Assembly: GCA_029884425.1 (NCBI GenBank)
Contig: JAOUHV010000007.1
Location: 11,358 to 75,357 of the forward strand
Reading direction: 5' to 3'
Length of the DNA: 64,000 bases
DNA from: Gammaproteobacteria bacterium
GTDB lineage: Bacteria; Pseudomonadota; Gammaproteobacteria; S012-40
Shown here: positions 39,702-50,036 of the stretch, in pieces
Layout of the letters: every line of letters starts with the position of its first letter
How positions within the stretch are numbered: the stretch's first letter is position 1
Notes under the pieces: model-generated
What the model saw: only the letters and a program-made list of their open reading frames with translations
The model's database searches: none
What the model was told of the DNA's origin: nothing
Program-made: the position numbers and the translations under genes

Positions 39702-39744
39702 AAAAAAACAGAAAGGGTTAGCCGCGTCGGCTAACCCTTTTTTA
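39702..39744. terminator. Bidirectional rho-independent terminator
   Basis: gaaaaaaacagaa-agggttagcc-gcgtc-ggctaaccct-ttttt: a 10-bp perfect stem. Confidence 0.85.
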
Positions 39745-39768
39745 TGGAACTCATCGTTTGGGATGCGG

Positions 39769-40203
39769 TTAGAGCTCGACGTATTTCACAATGTTGTTTG
39801 AGCGAATAATGCGCACCATACGGCGATAAGCGATGACGGCTAACACCAATCCGGCGACAGCAATGACCAGTTCGACGCTATCGATGATATTGCTGCCGCT
39901 GATACCTTGAAGGCCGATGATGCCCAGAAACACGAACAATATATTGCCTATGCCCATCAACAGGATGTTGTTGGTGCAATCTATTTGTTCACTCATGCCT
40001 TGGCTGAAGTTGTTCAGGGCCATGGCGTGCAGTGTCTGGTCTTTCATTTCACCAGCGACCATCACATCGTCGCCATTGGCGACCTTGTCTGCCAGGTCTC
40101 GATGTACCTTGACGGCCTGTTCGCCCAGGCGACACGAGATGGAGCCATCTTTGTCCGGAGCGCTAATGGCGCTAATTTGACCACGTTGAACAATAATGCC
40201 CAT
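39769..40203 (-). CDS. Hypothetical protein with a soluble N-domain plus 2 C-terminal TM helices
   Basis: 144 aa. The hydrophobic segments are MGIGNILFVFLGIIGL and LVIAVAGLVLAVIAY. No family recognised. Confidence 0.4.
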   Translation of the reverse strand: MGIIVQRGQISAISAPDKDGSISCRLGEQAVKVHRDLADKVANGDDVMVAGEMKDQTLHAMALNNFSQGMSEQIDCTNNILLMGIGNILFVFLGIIGLQGISGSNIIDSVELVIAVAGLVLAVIAYRRMVRIIRSNNIVKYVEL

Positions 40204-40309
40204 GTTGTCCTCTTGCGTTGGTGTAATGTCAGTTCAGGGGGAAGATGGACGAAATTATAATAAATTCCTGAGTAAACTGCTTTTCGTTTTTGTTCGAGCT
40301 CCGCGACAA

Positions 40310-41251
40310 TCAGTACTGCTGCACATACCGGTTACGGATGGGCTGAATTGGTCTGGCGCTGTTGGGGAATAAAAAGGCGTATTGTGAGACCTGCTCGGCA
40401 GAGACACTGCCACGGCTGGCCATGATGTTCCAGCTGACATTTTCGGTGCACGGTGGCTGGGTCAGCGAGCCTAAATAATGGTAATAATTACGTTTTTTTG
40501 GCAACAGATCCAATGCGTTGATGTTGGCGGACGGGCGGTGTTCGCCTGGACTGTTGGGCATGTATTCCCAGATGGCCGACAGTGCTTCGTTGTTTTCACC
40601 TTCGTTGAACAGGACCGATATGATGGCCAGTTGGCCGTCGCTGGCCTTGTGCACCAGATCGGCGGACAGATCGGCGGCGCGGCCGCTGATGGTGTGTTCG
40701 CTGGGGGCGTGGAAAGAAATGTGGCTCAGGTCAAACCGCTTGCCATTCTGCACAATGTAGCTACCCGGATTGTAAGCCACCTTAATATTCCGACCGTCAT
40801 TGATCAGGTGCAGGGGGCTGGTCTGGTAATGAAAATCCAGTGGCGTTCCCCGAGGCTTGATGATGGCGCTGATGTCGATGGGCGATTGCGACAGTCCCTG
40901 GCGACACAGCGAAAATTCGGGGTGCAGGTCTGCCCAGTGCTCCGGTCCGGTTGGACCCGCATAGCTCCAGCCATGATTATCCAACGCTGCAATTGTTTGG
41001 GCCTGGATCGGGCGCACGGTTGGCAGCGTCGGTAAATCGTCGGCGGGTCGTGCCAGTGCATCTTTGAGTGGAGCCTCGCCAAGATAGGCATAGTCATCGT
41101 CGGCCATGGCCAGCATGATGCCGGGCTGAGTCTTGACCGCAGCCTCGGTGCTGGATTCCCGTACCCCTTGGCTGCATGCGGTGACGGCGAGCGTCAGCAG
41201 GCAAACTGACAGTTTGTACCAGGTAGAAACAGAGGCGCGGAAACACAGCAT
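40310..41251 (-). CDS. Alpha-class carbonic anhydrase (lipoprotein)
   Basis: QSPIDI hallmark. Zinc His ligands in SEHTISG/HFHAPSEH-type blocks. Lipobox LAVTAC after the signal peptide. Confidence 0.88.
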   Translation of the reverse strand: MLCFRASVSTWYKLSVCLLTLAVTACSQGVRESSTEAAVKTQPGIMLAMADDDYAYLGEAPLKDALARPADDLPTLPTVRPIQAQTIAALDNHGWSYAGPTGPEHWADLHPEFSLCRQGLSQSPIDISAIIKPRGTPLDFHYQTSPLHLINDGRNIKVAYNPGSYIVQNGKRFDLSHISFHAPSEHTISGRAADLSADLVHKASDGQLAIISVLFNEGENNEALSAIWEYMPNSPGEHRPSANINALDLLPKKRNYYHYLGSLTQPPCTENVSWNIMASRGSVSAEQVSQYAFLFPNSARPIQPIRNRYVQQY

Positions 41252-41373
41252 TGAGGGGAATCCTTGGCAGAAAAATGCGTGCGCTAATTACGACCTGAGG
41301 CTGGTGGAAAGTCAAGTAGCCGTCGCGGCTGTTACAAAAATGATATAGTTTTTCGCCGAACCAGGAGAGGCCG

Positions 41374-41988
41374 ATGGCAGACTTGTTTGATGATCCGTCG
41401 CGACGCTTGTCGTTGCTGAATCAGGATGGGTTGGTTGATTATTGGCCACATTTTATGTCGGAGATCGCAGCGCAGCGCTGGTTCGACCAGTTATTGCGAG
41501 ACGTTGCGTGGCAAACCGAAACTTACCAGATCTACGGTAAGGACGTGACTGCGCCGCGCCGGGTGGCATGGTATGGCGATGCGGACGCGGTTTATACCTA
41601 TTCGGGAATCCGCCACCAACCTTTGCCGTGGACTCCCGGCCTGATGGAGTTGAAAACACAGATTGAACGCGCTTGTCAGACTTCATTCAATAGTGTGTTA
41701 TTGAACCTCTATCGCGATGGTCAGGACTCTATGGGCTGGCACGCAGACGCCGAGCCGGAGCTGGGCATCAATCCGGTGATTGCCTCGCTGAGCCTGGGGG
41801 AGGTGCGCAGTTTCAAATTGCGCCACAATCGCACTGGTCAGACCCTGGATATTCCGCTGGGCACGGGGAGTTTGTTGCTGATGCACGGCGCATTGCAACA
41901 TCACTGGAAGCACAGTGTGGCCAAAAGCAAAAGAGTATTGCAGGCCAGAATCAATCTTACGTTTAGAAAAATAGTGTCGGGAGGATGA
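41374..41988 (+). CDS. alkB: Alpha-ketoglutarate/Fe(II)-dependent dioxygenase AlkB (alkylated-DNA repair)
   Basis: NLYRDGQDSMGWHADAE...LMHGALQHHWKH...RINLTFR is the AlkB 2OG-Fe(II) HxD...H...RxxxTFR pattern. 204 aa. Confidence 0.88.
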   Translation: MADLFDDPSRRLSLLNQDGLVDYWPHFMSEIAAQRWFDQLLRDVAWQTETYQIYGKDVTAPRRVAWYGDADAVYTYSGIRHQPLPWTPGLMELKTQIERACQTSFNSVLLNLYRDGQDSMGWHADAEPELGINPVIASLSLGEVRSFKLRHNRTGQTLDIPLGTGSLLLMHGALQHHWKHSVAKSKRVLQARINLTFRKIVSGG

Positions 41989-41989
41989 G

Positions 41990-42298
41990 ATGTACGTCAC
42001 CATCGTCAACGTTACGGTGAAGCCGGAACACATAGAAGATTTTATGCGCGCCAGTCGCTTGAATCATGAAAGCTCCATTTTGGAATCAGGCAATCTGGCA
42101 TTTGATGTTCTGCAATCAGCGGACGATCCCTGCAAATTTGTGTTGTATGAATCGTACGTGTCAGAGCGCGCCGCCAAGGCGCACAAAACGACAAAACATT
42201 ATCTGATTTGGCGGGATACGGTTGCCGATTGGATGGCTGAGCCACGTCAGGGAACGGTGTACGCCGGTGTGTTTCCCGAAGTGTTTGAGGAAATGTAA
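41990..42298 (+). CDS. ABM-domain (antibiotic biosynthesis monooxygenase / YgiN-like quinol monooxygenase) protein
   Basis: 102-aa ferredoxin-like fold (MYVTIVNVTVKPEHIEDFMRAS...FVLYESYVSERAAKAH). It starts 2 nt after the alkB stop. Confidence 0.75.
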   Translation: MYVTIVNVTVKPEHIEDFMRASRLNHESSILESGNLAFDVLQSADDPCKFVLYESYVSERAAKAHKTTKHYLIWRDTVADWMAEPRQGTVYAGVFPEVFEEM

Positions 42299-43482
42299 TG
42301 CAGTTTTCAGTTGCCCGATTGCCACGGGTGGAATTTGGTGCTGGCAGTGTGCATAAATTGCCTGAATTGATAAACCAATTTGGCTCGCGGATGTTGTTGG
42401 TGACAGGCCAGCGTTCGCTGCGTGACAGTGCGGTTTGGCCGGGATTATCTGCAGCGTTTGAGTCACGGGGTATTCGTTACGAAATCATCGTGATCAGTGG
42501 CGAGCCCTCACCGCAAATGATAGATCAGGCAGTGGCGATGCATGCGTCCGCTGGTTTTGATGTGGTGGTGGGATTAGGTGGTGGCAGTGCGCTGGATGCA
42601 GCTAAAGCCATTGCCGGTTTGCTGCGCATTGGCAATTCAGTGATGGATTATCTGGAAGGTGTTGGCCCGGAATTGCCTTATCACGGCCCGTCGGTGCCGT
42701 TTATCGCAGTGCCAACCACGGCGGGCACCGGCAGCGAAGCGACCAAAAACGCGGTGCTCAGTATTCAGGGCAAGGCCGGTTTTAAAAAATCATTTCGCGA
42801 CGACAAACTGGTCGCGCAATACGCCGTTCTGGACCCGGACTTACTGAGTAGTTGTCCGCCGGATTTGATTGCGGCCAACGGCATGGATGCGATAACTCAA
42901 TTGCTGGAATCGTACGTGTCGACTAAAGCCAATCCGTTCACCGATGCGTTGGCACTCAGCGGTTTGCAACTCGCCCGCACGGCCTTGTTTGATTGGTATC
43001 ATCAGGGGGCAGGCGCCAAACAGGCACAGGCAGAGATGTTGTATGCGTCGTGGCTGTCAGGAATTACTCTGGCGCAGGTGGGGTTGGGTTCGGTGCATGG
43101 TTTGGCGTCACCCTTGGGTGCGTTTTTTCCCATTCCGCATGGCGTGGTGTGTGGCACGCTGCTTGGGGCTGCAACCGAGATAAATATCCGTGCGCTGCAG
43201 ACGCGTGAGCCGCACAATCCGGCATTGCAGCGTTATGCGCATTTGGCGGAAGTGTTGTGTCAGCAAACATTTTCGTCAACACCGCAGTCGCTTGAAGCGC
43301 TGGTCAATTGTTTGAATGGCTGGGTGCAGCAACTGCAATTGCCGGGATTAGCGAATTTCGGCATTAGCGAGTCAGATTTCCCGCACATTGTGAAAAATTG
43401 TCGTGGCAGCAGTATGCGCACCAATCCTATTGTGTTAACCGATGATGAAGTGACGCAATTATTGCGCGCCCGTTTAAATTAA
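42298..43482 (+). CDS. Iron-containing (group III) alcohol dehydrogenase
   Basis: GGGSALDAAKA NAD motif, Fe-ligand His blocks and Fe-ADH-like length (394 aa). Its ATG overlaps the ABM stop (TAATG). Confidence 0.85.
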   Translation: MQFSVARLPRVEFGAGSVHKLPELINQFGSRMLLVTGQRSLRDSAVWPGLSAAFESRGIRYEIIVISGEPSPQMIDQAVAMHASAGFDVVVGLGGGSALDAAKAIAGLLRIGNSVMDYLEGVGPELPYHGPSVPFIAVPTTAGTGSEATKNAVLSIQGKAGFKKSFRDDKLVAQYAVLDPDLLSSCPPDLIAANGMDAITQLLESYVSTKANPFTDALALSGLQLARTALFDWYHQGAGAKQAQAEMLYASWLSGITLAQVGLGSVHGLASPLGAFFPIPHGVVCGTLLGAATEINIRALQTREPHNPALQRYAHLAEVLCQQTFSSTPQSLEALVNCLNGWVQQLQLPGLANFGISESDFPHIVKNCRGSSMRTNPIVLTDDEVTQLLRARLN

Positions 43483-43500
43483 ATTTTCAGGATTCAGGCA

Positions 43501-44454
43501 ATGTATTATCCCGAGATTCAACCGTATAAAACGCATCGCTTCGCGTTGGAAGCGCCACACGAAATTTATGTAGAAGAAAGCGGCAATCCAAACGGTGTGC
43601 CCGTGGTGTTTTTGCACGGCGGCCCTGGTTCAGGCTGTCAGGATTATCACCGTCGTTTTTTTGATCCGCAGCGCTATCGCATCGTGCTGTTTGATCAGCG
43701 TGGTTCGGGCAAGTCCACACCGCACGCCAGTTTGCAAAATAATACCACCCAGGCATTGATTGCCGACATGGAAGCAATACGCAGCAAGTTGAGCATCAAG
43801 CAATGGGTGGTGTTTGGTGGTTCGTGGGGATCAACGCTGGCGTTGGCCTATGCGCAGGCTTTTCCGCAAAAAGTGCTGGGTTTGATTTTGCGCGGTATTT
43901 TTCTGTGTCGTCCCAAGGAAATTCACTGGTTTTATCAGGAAGGTGCGCATCGGATTTTTCCAGATTATTGGGAAGATTACATCGCCCCTGTTGCACCAGC
44001 AGATAGACACGACATGGTGAGCGCCTATTACAAATTATTGACCAGTGACAACGAGCAAACACGCTTGGCGGCAGCGACCGCGTGGTCGGTCTGGGAAGGT
44101 CGTACTGCGACCTTGTTGGGCGATGCCGCGACGGTGGCACACTTTGCCGATCCACATACCGCGCTGTCTTTGGCGCGTATCGAATGTCATTATTTTATGA
44201 ACAACGCGTTTCTGGAAGACAATCAGTTGATTCGGGATGCCTGGCGTTTGCAGGATATTCCTGGCGTCATTATCCATGGCCGCTATGATGTAGTGTGTCC
44301 GATTGAAAGTGCCTGGGAATTACACAAAGCCTGGCCTGAAGCTGAGCTGCAGATTATTTCGGATGCCGGCCACGCAGCTTCTGAACCAGGCATTGCCAAA
44401 GCCCTGGTAGCGGCTGCCGATGCAATGCTGCAAAAAATTGAAATGGAATCTTGA
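43501..44454 (+). CDS. pip: Proline iminopeptidase
   Basis: HGGPGSG, GGSWGSTLALAY (GxSxG) and C-terminal DAGHAA are S33 prolyl aminopeptidase motifs. 317 aa. Confidence 0.88.
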   Translation: MYYPEIQPYKTHRFALEAPHEIYVEESGNPNGVPVVFLHGGPGSGCQDYHRRFFDPQRYRIVLFDQRGSGKSTPHASLQNNTTQALIADMEAIRSKLSIKQWVVFGGSWGSTLALAYAQAFPQKVLGLILRGIFLCRPKEIHWFYQEGAHRIFPDYWEDYIAPVAPADRHDMVSAYYKLLTSDNEQTRLAAATAWSVWEGRTATLLGDAATVAHFADPHTALSLARIECHYFMNNAFLEDNQLIRDAWRLQDIPGVIIHGRYDVVCPIESAWELHKAWPEAELQIISDAGHAASEPGIAKALVAAADAMLQKIEMES

Positions 44455-44476
44455 AAAAATGCCTTAGGAGGTTGGG

Positions 44477-45040
44477 ATGAGAACAACGTGGATCGCCGTT
44501 TTACTGTTGAGCGTGCTGATGCTGCAAGGCTGCGCCAGTTCGCGGCTCTACGTTTTGGGGACCATGAAAAAACCGGAACTGGAATTTCTGGATTATAAAG
44601 TTCAGGATGTTGGTCTGCAGCGTGCGCACGTGGATTTGCTTTTTAAAGCGCACAATCCCAATCACTATCAGATCGACACATTTTTTGTCAGCTATGATTT
44701 TTATCTTGAAGGAAAACTGCTTGCCGAAGGCAGGCATATTCCGGTTGCGCTGATTCCTGAAGGTACTTCCGAAATCACGGTGCCTGTTGTCGTCAGCTAC
44801 AGCAATTTAATGAATAGCCTGGATAAGGTTCTGGAAAAACTCAACAAGCAGGATCGGAAACTGCAGGCCAAGGTGAAATATCGCATCTTTGGTGAGTACG
44901 AAGTATGGAGCTGGTTTGGCAAAAGCTACAAGCGTGATTACTTCTATGAAAGTGAGGCTGATATTCCCATTGATGTTCCAGAGGTCACTCTGAAAGATGT
45001 GGGGCAGGAACTGAAGAATCGGCTAAAACAGTGGTTCTAG
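44477..45040 (+). CDS. LEA_2/WHy-domain lipoprotein
   Basis: Lipobox LMLQGC. All-beta LEA14-like pattern (VDLLFKAHNPNHYQI...VSYDFYLEGKLLAEG). Confidence 0.7.
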   Translation: MRTTWIAVLLLSVLMLQGCASSRLYVLGTMKKPELEFLDYKVQDVGLQRAHVDLLFKAHNPNHYQIDTFFVSYDFYLEGKLLAEGRHIPVALIPEGTSEITVPVVVSYSNLMNSLDKVLEKLNKQDRKLQAKVKYRIFGEYEVWSWFGKSYKRDYFYESEADIPIDVPEVTLKDVGQELKNRLKQWF

Positions 45041-45128
45041 GTGAATAAACCCGTAGCCAAATTGCGATAAATATTTATATTTAGCATGTCGAAAGCGGTT
45101 TTGACGAGGGAAGGACGAAACTGCACAT

Positions 45129-46364
45129 ATGCTATGGCTCATTATATCTCAAACAGTTGTAATTGGCTTGTTGGTAGGGACGTTGCCGTTTTTGGAACGT
45201 GAGGCTGGCTGGAATTCCCACGTCAGTTTGTTGTTGGCGGCACTGATACCTGCAGTGATTTCGTGCATGCTCTGGTACCAAAAAAGCAGGAAAGAAAATT
45301 TTCTCCATCTGTTTTTTTCCGGTTTGAAAAATAATGAAATTAATTTAACGCGCGAATCAATCTCGCCGCTGCGATCCAATTCGCCAGAGCTGGCTTCGGC
45401 GCTGGAGCTGTTTTATCAGAAGTTGGCAACTGCGATCTCCGATATTGAGGGTTCCGCCGCTCGCCTCGTGCCCATGTCGCATGAATTGGCTGATACCTAC
45501 GGCAATTTTACCCAGAAGGCGATGATGCAGAAACAGTACGGTAATCAGCTTTCCAATGCGGTGGAGTCCATGGCGATTTCCAGTCATCGGGTGAAAGATG
45601 ATTCGACAAGCATTCTGAATTTGGTCAGACAAAGCACCAGTGAGGTGGACGAGTGTCGCGACAAGGTCAATGACTCGGCAAAAATCACCATGATCCTCAG
45701 TGAGCAAATGCAGCGCAGTATGGAAAAATTGCAGGTATTGGCGGCGCAGGGGAAGCAGATTTTTGATGTAATCAAATTGATTAACAGCATTGCCGAGCAG
45801 ATCAGTCTGCTGGCGTTGAATGCGACCATAGAGGCGGCTCGAGCCGGTGAGCAGGGCCGCGGCTTTGCGATTGTTGCCGATGAGGTGAAGAAACTGGCGC
45901 ATCACACGCGAAATTCCACGGCGGAAATTCATGGCGCCCTGCAAGGGGTGCAGCAGGGGATTGATGCGATGGTGGAGGAATTGTCGCAGGGCACTACTAT
46001 CACCGAACAGGCTGCAGGTCAGGCGCAGGCGGTATCCCACAGTCTGTCCGTGATCGAGGAGGAAATTGCCAAGATTGTAAATTTCACCGATACCATCAGC
46101 CAGTCAGTCGCCGAACAGTCGGAGCTGTCAGAGCAAACCCGCCAGGCCATGAATGGTCTGGTGAGTCTCAACAGTGATGCGCTGGAAAATACCAAGTTGC
46201 AAGGTGTGACCAGAGAAGACTTGCTGAAACTGAGTGAAGTGTTGAAAAGCAAACTGGATGTATTCGTACTGCCAGAGCATCGCTGGAATTCGAATCTGAG
46301 AAGTGCTCCCCGTTACGATAAGGAAAACGGGGAGTCTTTGGAAAATAGCGCCGACTTGTTTTGA
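45129..46364 (+). CDS. Methyl-accepting chemotaxis protein (short sensor region, 2 TM)
   Basis: Highly conserved MCP signalling hairpin [37 protein letters not shown]. Two N-terminal TM helices. Confidence 0.88.
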   Translation: MLWLIISQTVVIGLLVGTLPFLEREAGWNSHVSLLLAALIPAVISCMLWYQKSRKENFLHLFFSGLKNNEINLTRESISPLRSNSPELASALELFYQKLATAISDIEGSAARLVPMSHELADTYGNFTQKAMMQKQYGNQLSNAVESMAISSHRVKDDSTSILNLVRQSTSEVDECRDKVNDSAKITMILSEQMQRSMEKLQVLAAQGKQIFDVIKLINSIAEQISLLALNATIEAARAGEQGRGFAIVADEVKKLAHHTRNSTAEIHGALQGVQQGIDAMVEELSQGTTITEQAAGQAQAVSHSLSVIEEEIAKIVNFTDTISQSVAEQSELSEQTRQAMNGLVSLNSDALENTKLQGVTREDLLKLSEVLKSKLDVFVLPEHRWNSNLRSAPRYDKENGESLENSADLF

Positions 46365-46373
46365 TATTTGGTG

Positions 46374-47693
46374 TTATATCCGATCCGCATACAGATCATG
46401 CAAATCCGAGCCGGTGATTTCCACTTCGATAAATTCGCCAGGCTTGGCCGGGCGATCTGAGGTGATAATTACTTCACCGTCCACTTCAGGCGCATCGGCG
46501 CGGGTGCGGCCAATGATGTATTCACCTTCCATGTCATCGACAATTACCGTCATGCGCTGACCGACCTTGGCAGCCAGTTTGTCGGCACTGATTGCCGCCT
46601 GTACCTCCATGAAACGCTCCAGGCGCTCCTGTTTGGTATCTTCGTCCACGTGGCCGAGCAGATCGCGTGCAGCGGCGCCCTCAACGTTGGAGTAGGCAAA
46701 ACAACCGACGCGATCCAGTTGTGCTTCCTGCAGGAAGTCCAGCAGGTATTCAAAGTCGTCATCGGTCTCACCGGGGAAACCGACGATGAAAGTCGAACGC
46801 AAAGTGATGTCCGGGCACAGCTCACGCCAGCGCTGGATGCGCGCCAGGGTGTTTTCGCTGCTCGCCGGGCGCTTCATGGATTTGAGGATTTTCGGGCTGG
46901 CGTGCTGGAATGGCACGTCCAGGTAGGGGATGATTTTGTTTTCAGCCATCAGCGGGATGATCTCGTCCACGTGCGGATAGGGGTAGACGTAGTGCATGCG
47001 CACCCAGGCATCCAGTTCGCCCAGACCTTCGGCCAGCTCCTTGAAGCGGGTTTTCATCGGCTTGCCGCCCCAGAAGCCGGTACGGTATTTCACGTCCACG
47101 CCGTAGGCGCTGGTGTCCTGGGAGATGACCATCAGCTCTTTTACGCCAGCCTTCACCAGATTTTCTGCTTCCTGCATCACCTCGCCAATGGGGCGGCTGA
47201 CCAGATCGCCGCGCAGCGAGGGAATGATGCAGAAGCTGCAGCGGTGGTTACAGCCTTCGGAAATTTTCAGGTAGGCGTAGTGTGACGGGGTCAGCTTGAT
47301 GCCTGTATTGGGAATCAGGCTGGTGTACGGATCATGTTTTGGCGGCAGGTGCTTGTGCACCGCAGCCATGACTTCGTCCTTGGCGTGCGGGCCGGTGACT
47401 GCCAGAACCTGCGGATAGTTTTTCTGCACGCTGTCATCCTTGGCTCCCAGGCAGCCGGTGACGATGACCTTGCCATTTTCTGCCAGAGCCTCGCCGATGG
47501 TGTCCAGCGACTCTTTCACTGCGGCGTCAATGAAGCCACAGGTATTGACGACGACCAGATCGGCGTCCTCGTAGGTGGGGCTGATTTGATAGCCCTCGGC
47601 GCGCAGCTGGGTGATGATCTGCTCGGAATCGACCAGTGCTTTGGGGCAGCCTAGGCTGATAAAACCCACCTTCGGGTCGGATGTCTTGCTCAT
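46374..47693 (-). CDS. rimO: Ribosomal protein S12 methylthiotransferase RimO
   Basis: MTTase N-domain ([16 protein letters not shown]), radical [14 protein letters not shown] and a TRAM domain. The start is trimmed to MSKTSDPK (cat at 47691-47693). Confidence 0.9.
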   Translation of the reverse strand: MSKTSDPKVGFISLGCPKALVDSEQIITQLRAEGYQISPTYEDADLVVVNTCGFIDAAVKESLDTIGEALAENGKVIVTGCLGAKDDSVQKNYPQVLAVTGPHAKDEVMAAVHKHLPPKHDPYTSLIPNTGIKLTPSHYAYLKISEGCNHRCSFCIIPSLRGDLVSRPIGEVMQEAENLVKAGVKELMVISQDTSAYGVDVKYRTGFWGGKPMKTRFKELAEGLGELDAWVRMHYVYPYPHVDEIIPLMAENKIIPYLDVPFQHASPKILKSMKRPASSENTLARIQRWRELCPDITLRSTFIVGFPGETDDDFEYLLDFLQEAQLDRVGCFAYSNVEGAAARDLLGHVDEDTKQERLERFMEVQAAISADKLAAKVGQRMTVIVDDMEGEYIIGRTRADAPEVDGEVIITSDRPAKPGEFIEVEITGSDLHDLYADRI

Positions 47694-47814
47694 AAGGTAC
47701 TCAAATTGTTTGAAAATCTTCGGGGCAGAGGGGGCGGGACGGACCAACCTTTTGTGCTTTGCCGGCAAAACGCGTATTTTAGCCGATTGTGATGAATTTG
47801 TTGAGGAGTGATGG

Positions 47815-48597
47815 ATGAGTTGGTGGGGAAAAGTCGTAGGCGCAGGTTTGGGATACATGCTGGGCGGGGTGCTGGGCGGTCTGCTTGGGGTGGCGCTGGG
47901 CTACAAGATTGATCAAAAACTCCGTAGTGGCAGTGCGGACAGCAATGAACGCATTCAATCGGCTTTTTTTACGGCAACCTTTTCCATCATGGGCCATCTC
48001 GCCAAGGCGGATGGCCGGGTCTCTGAACGCGAAATCGAAATTGCCCATCACGTGATGCGGCAAATGCGGCTGTCGCCAGAACAAACTGAGGCAGCGCGCG
48101 GGTTGTTCCGTCAGGGTAAGGCGGAAGATTTTCCTCTGGATCAGGTGCTGGAACAGTTTCGCAGTGAATGCCGGCGTCGTATTACTTTGTTGATCATGTT
48201 TATGGAAATCCAGGTAATGACGGCCATGGCAGATGGTCATCTGGACAAAGCGGAAGAAAAAATCCTCCACCACATTGCTCACGAACTGGGGATGAGCGAA
48301 GCCATCCTCGCAGAGATGATTCAGCGCTTGAGAGCAGAGCAGGCGTATACCCGATATGAAGCCTATCACGATGACAAGCGAGCACTGGAAGCTGCCTATG
48401 GTGTGTTGGCGGTGCCGAGCAGCGCGACAAATGATGAGGTGAAAAAGTCCTATCGCCGTTTGATGAGCCAGCATCATCCTGACAAGCTGGTGTCCAAAGG
48501 GTTGCCAGAAGAAATGATGGAAATTGCCAAGCAGAAAACCCAGGAAATAAAAGCGGCATATGATGTTATTCGCAAAGCAAGAGAGTCTGTCTCATAA
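47815..48597 (+). CDS. djlA: DnaJ-like membrane co-chaperone DjlA
   Basis: N-terminal TM plus a TerB-like domain ([24 protein letters not shown]) and a C-terminal J-domain with HPD ([34 protein letters not shown]). It is closely collinear with E. coli DjlA. Confidence 0.9.
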   Translation: MSWWGKVVGAGLGYMLGGVLGGLLGVALGYKIDQKLRSGSADSNERIQSAFFTATFSIMGHLAKADGRVSEREIEIAHHVMRQMRLSPEQTEAARGLFRQGKAEDFPLDQVLEQFRSECRRRITLLIMFMEIQVMTAMADGHLDKAEEKILHHIAHELGMSEAILAEMIQRLRAEQAYTRYEAYHDDKRALEAAYGVLAVPSSATNDEVKKSYRRLMSQHHPDKLVSKGLPEEMMEIAKQKTQEIKAAYDVIRKARESVS

Positions 48598-48880
48598 AAT
48601 TTAAAGCTGAATTCTTCAGGAAATAAACCGGTTTTATAGACTTTTTTTGCGCTCAAGATTAGTTTTTTGAATGTTATGGCTTGACTTGATTGCTGGAGAA
48701 TTTGGCTTTTAGTTTACGTTGTTTTATAAAAATTCCATTTTTCCCTTGTTTTTTTACCTTGAGATACAAATCGGCACAAATAACCTGATTATCGTTACAC
48801 AGCTTTACAGAAATGCACGAAAAAAAAATCAGATTTAAACGCTAACAGGATTGTGTTTGATTACTCTTGAGGGACTAGCC

Positions 48881-49315
48881 ATGAAAATTTCTTCCAAAGG
48901 TCGTTACGCAGTTGCAGCTATGATGGATCTGGCTCTGAATGAAAACAAAGGACCCATTACCATTGCTGACATTTCTGAAAAGCAAAACATTTCGTTGTCT
49001 TACCTGGAGCAGATTTTTGCCGATCTGCGCAAGGGTGGATTGGTGCGTGGTACGCGTGGTCCAGGTGGCGGCTATCGTTTGGCGCGTCATCCTGAAAATA
49101 TCAGCGTGGCGGAAATCATTGATGTGCTCAACGAAAAGCGTCCTCGTCTTAGCACCGAAGATGAACGTTATGAGCCCTACCAGTTGTGGGCGCGCTTGAG
49201 TCACCGCATGCATGATTTTCTGGCTGAAATCAGCTTGCAGGAATGTCTGCAAAATGGTGGCTTGCCCGGTGATGTTGGTTTCTCTGCCGATGCGGAACAG
49301 AAACGCGCAGCCTGA
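48881..49315 (+). CDS. Rrf2-family transcriptional regulator, paralogue 1 (no Fe-S cysteine triad)
   Basis: MKISSKGRYAVAAMMDLAL...GPGGGYRLAR is the Rrf2 wHTH signature. The region where IscR/NsrR place three Cys has none. Start at ATG 48881. Confidence 0.85.
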   Translation: MKISSKGRYAVAAMMDLALNENKGPITIADISEKQNISLSYLEQIFADLRKGGLVRGTRGPGGGYRLARHPENISVAEIIDVLNEKRPRLSTEDERYEPYQLWARLSHRMHDFLAEISLQECLQNGGLPGDVGFSADAEQKRAA

Positions 49316-49555
49316 TTTGGATATCGCAGACGATAACGAAAGGCGCCTCCAGGGGCGCCTTTTGATTTTTGCGGTGGTCAATAAATGATCGAAAAATGGT
49401 GAATTCCTAGTAAAACACTAATAATTTACATTTGTATACAAAATACCCATGGAAAAATCCCCAGATATACATAATGTTTGACATATGGCGAATGGAGTAA
49501 TCCTTCGTTGACCTGTCAGAGGAAGATTCAAATAACGAAACAAGGGGACTACGCT

Positions 49556-49984
49556 ATGAAGATTTCATCAAAAGGACGGTATGCAGTCGCGGCAATGATG
49601 GATTTAGCGCTGCATGAAAATAAAGGTCCGTTGACTATTTCTGACATTTCAGAAAAACAGAATATTTCCTTGTCCTATTTGGAACAGATTTTCGCAGATC
49701 TGCGAAAGGGCAACTTGGTTCGCGGAACTCGTGGTCCCGGTGGAGGTTATCGCTTGGCCAGGGATGCCGCCGAGATCAGCATAGCGCAGATTATTGACGT
49801 GTTGGATGAGAAGCGGCCACGACTGGATATTGAAGATGAGCGCTATCAGCCCTATCAGCTTTGGGCACACCTGAGTCGGCGTATGCATGAATTTTTACAC
49901 CATATTTCGTTACAGGAATGTATTGATGATGTGGTGATGGTCGAGCAGTTGATGCTGTCAAAAGAGCACACTGAGGCCGCATAA
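49556..49984 (+). CDS. Rrf2-family transcriptional regulator, paralogue 2 (no Fe-S cysteine triad)
   Basis: About 80% identical to paralogue 1 over 120 aa and diverging in the last ~25 aa. Same GPGGGYRLAR motif. It has its own SD-like GGGGACTA and an upstream terminator-like hairpin (aaaggcgcc-tccag-gggcgcctttt). Confidence 0.85.
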   Translation: MKISSKGRYAVAAMMDLALHENKGPLTISDISEKQNISLSYLEQIFADLRKGNLVRGTRGPGGGYRLARDAAEISIAQIIDVLDEKRPRLDIEDERYQPYQLWAHLSRRMHEFLHHISLQECIDDVVMVEQLMLSKEHTEAA

Positions 49985-50036
49985 GTCTTTGATGGGTCAC
50001 TCTGCAAGCACAGAGTGACCTCTGTTTGTTTTCCAA

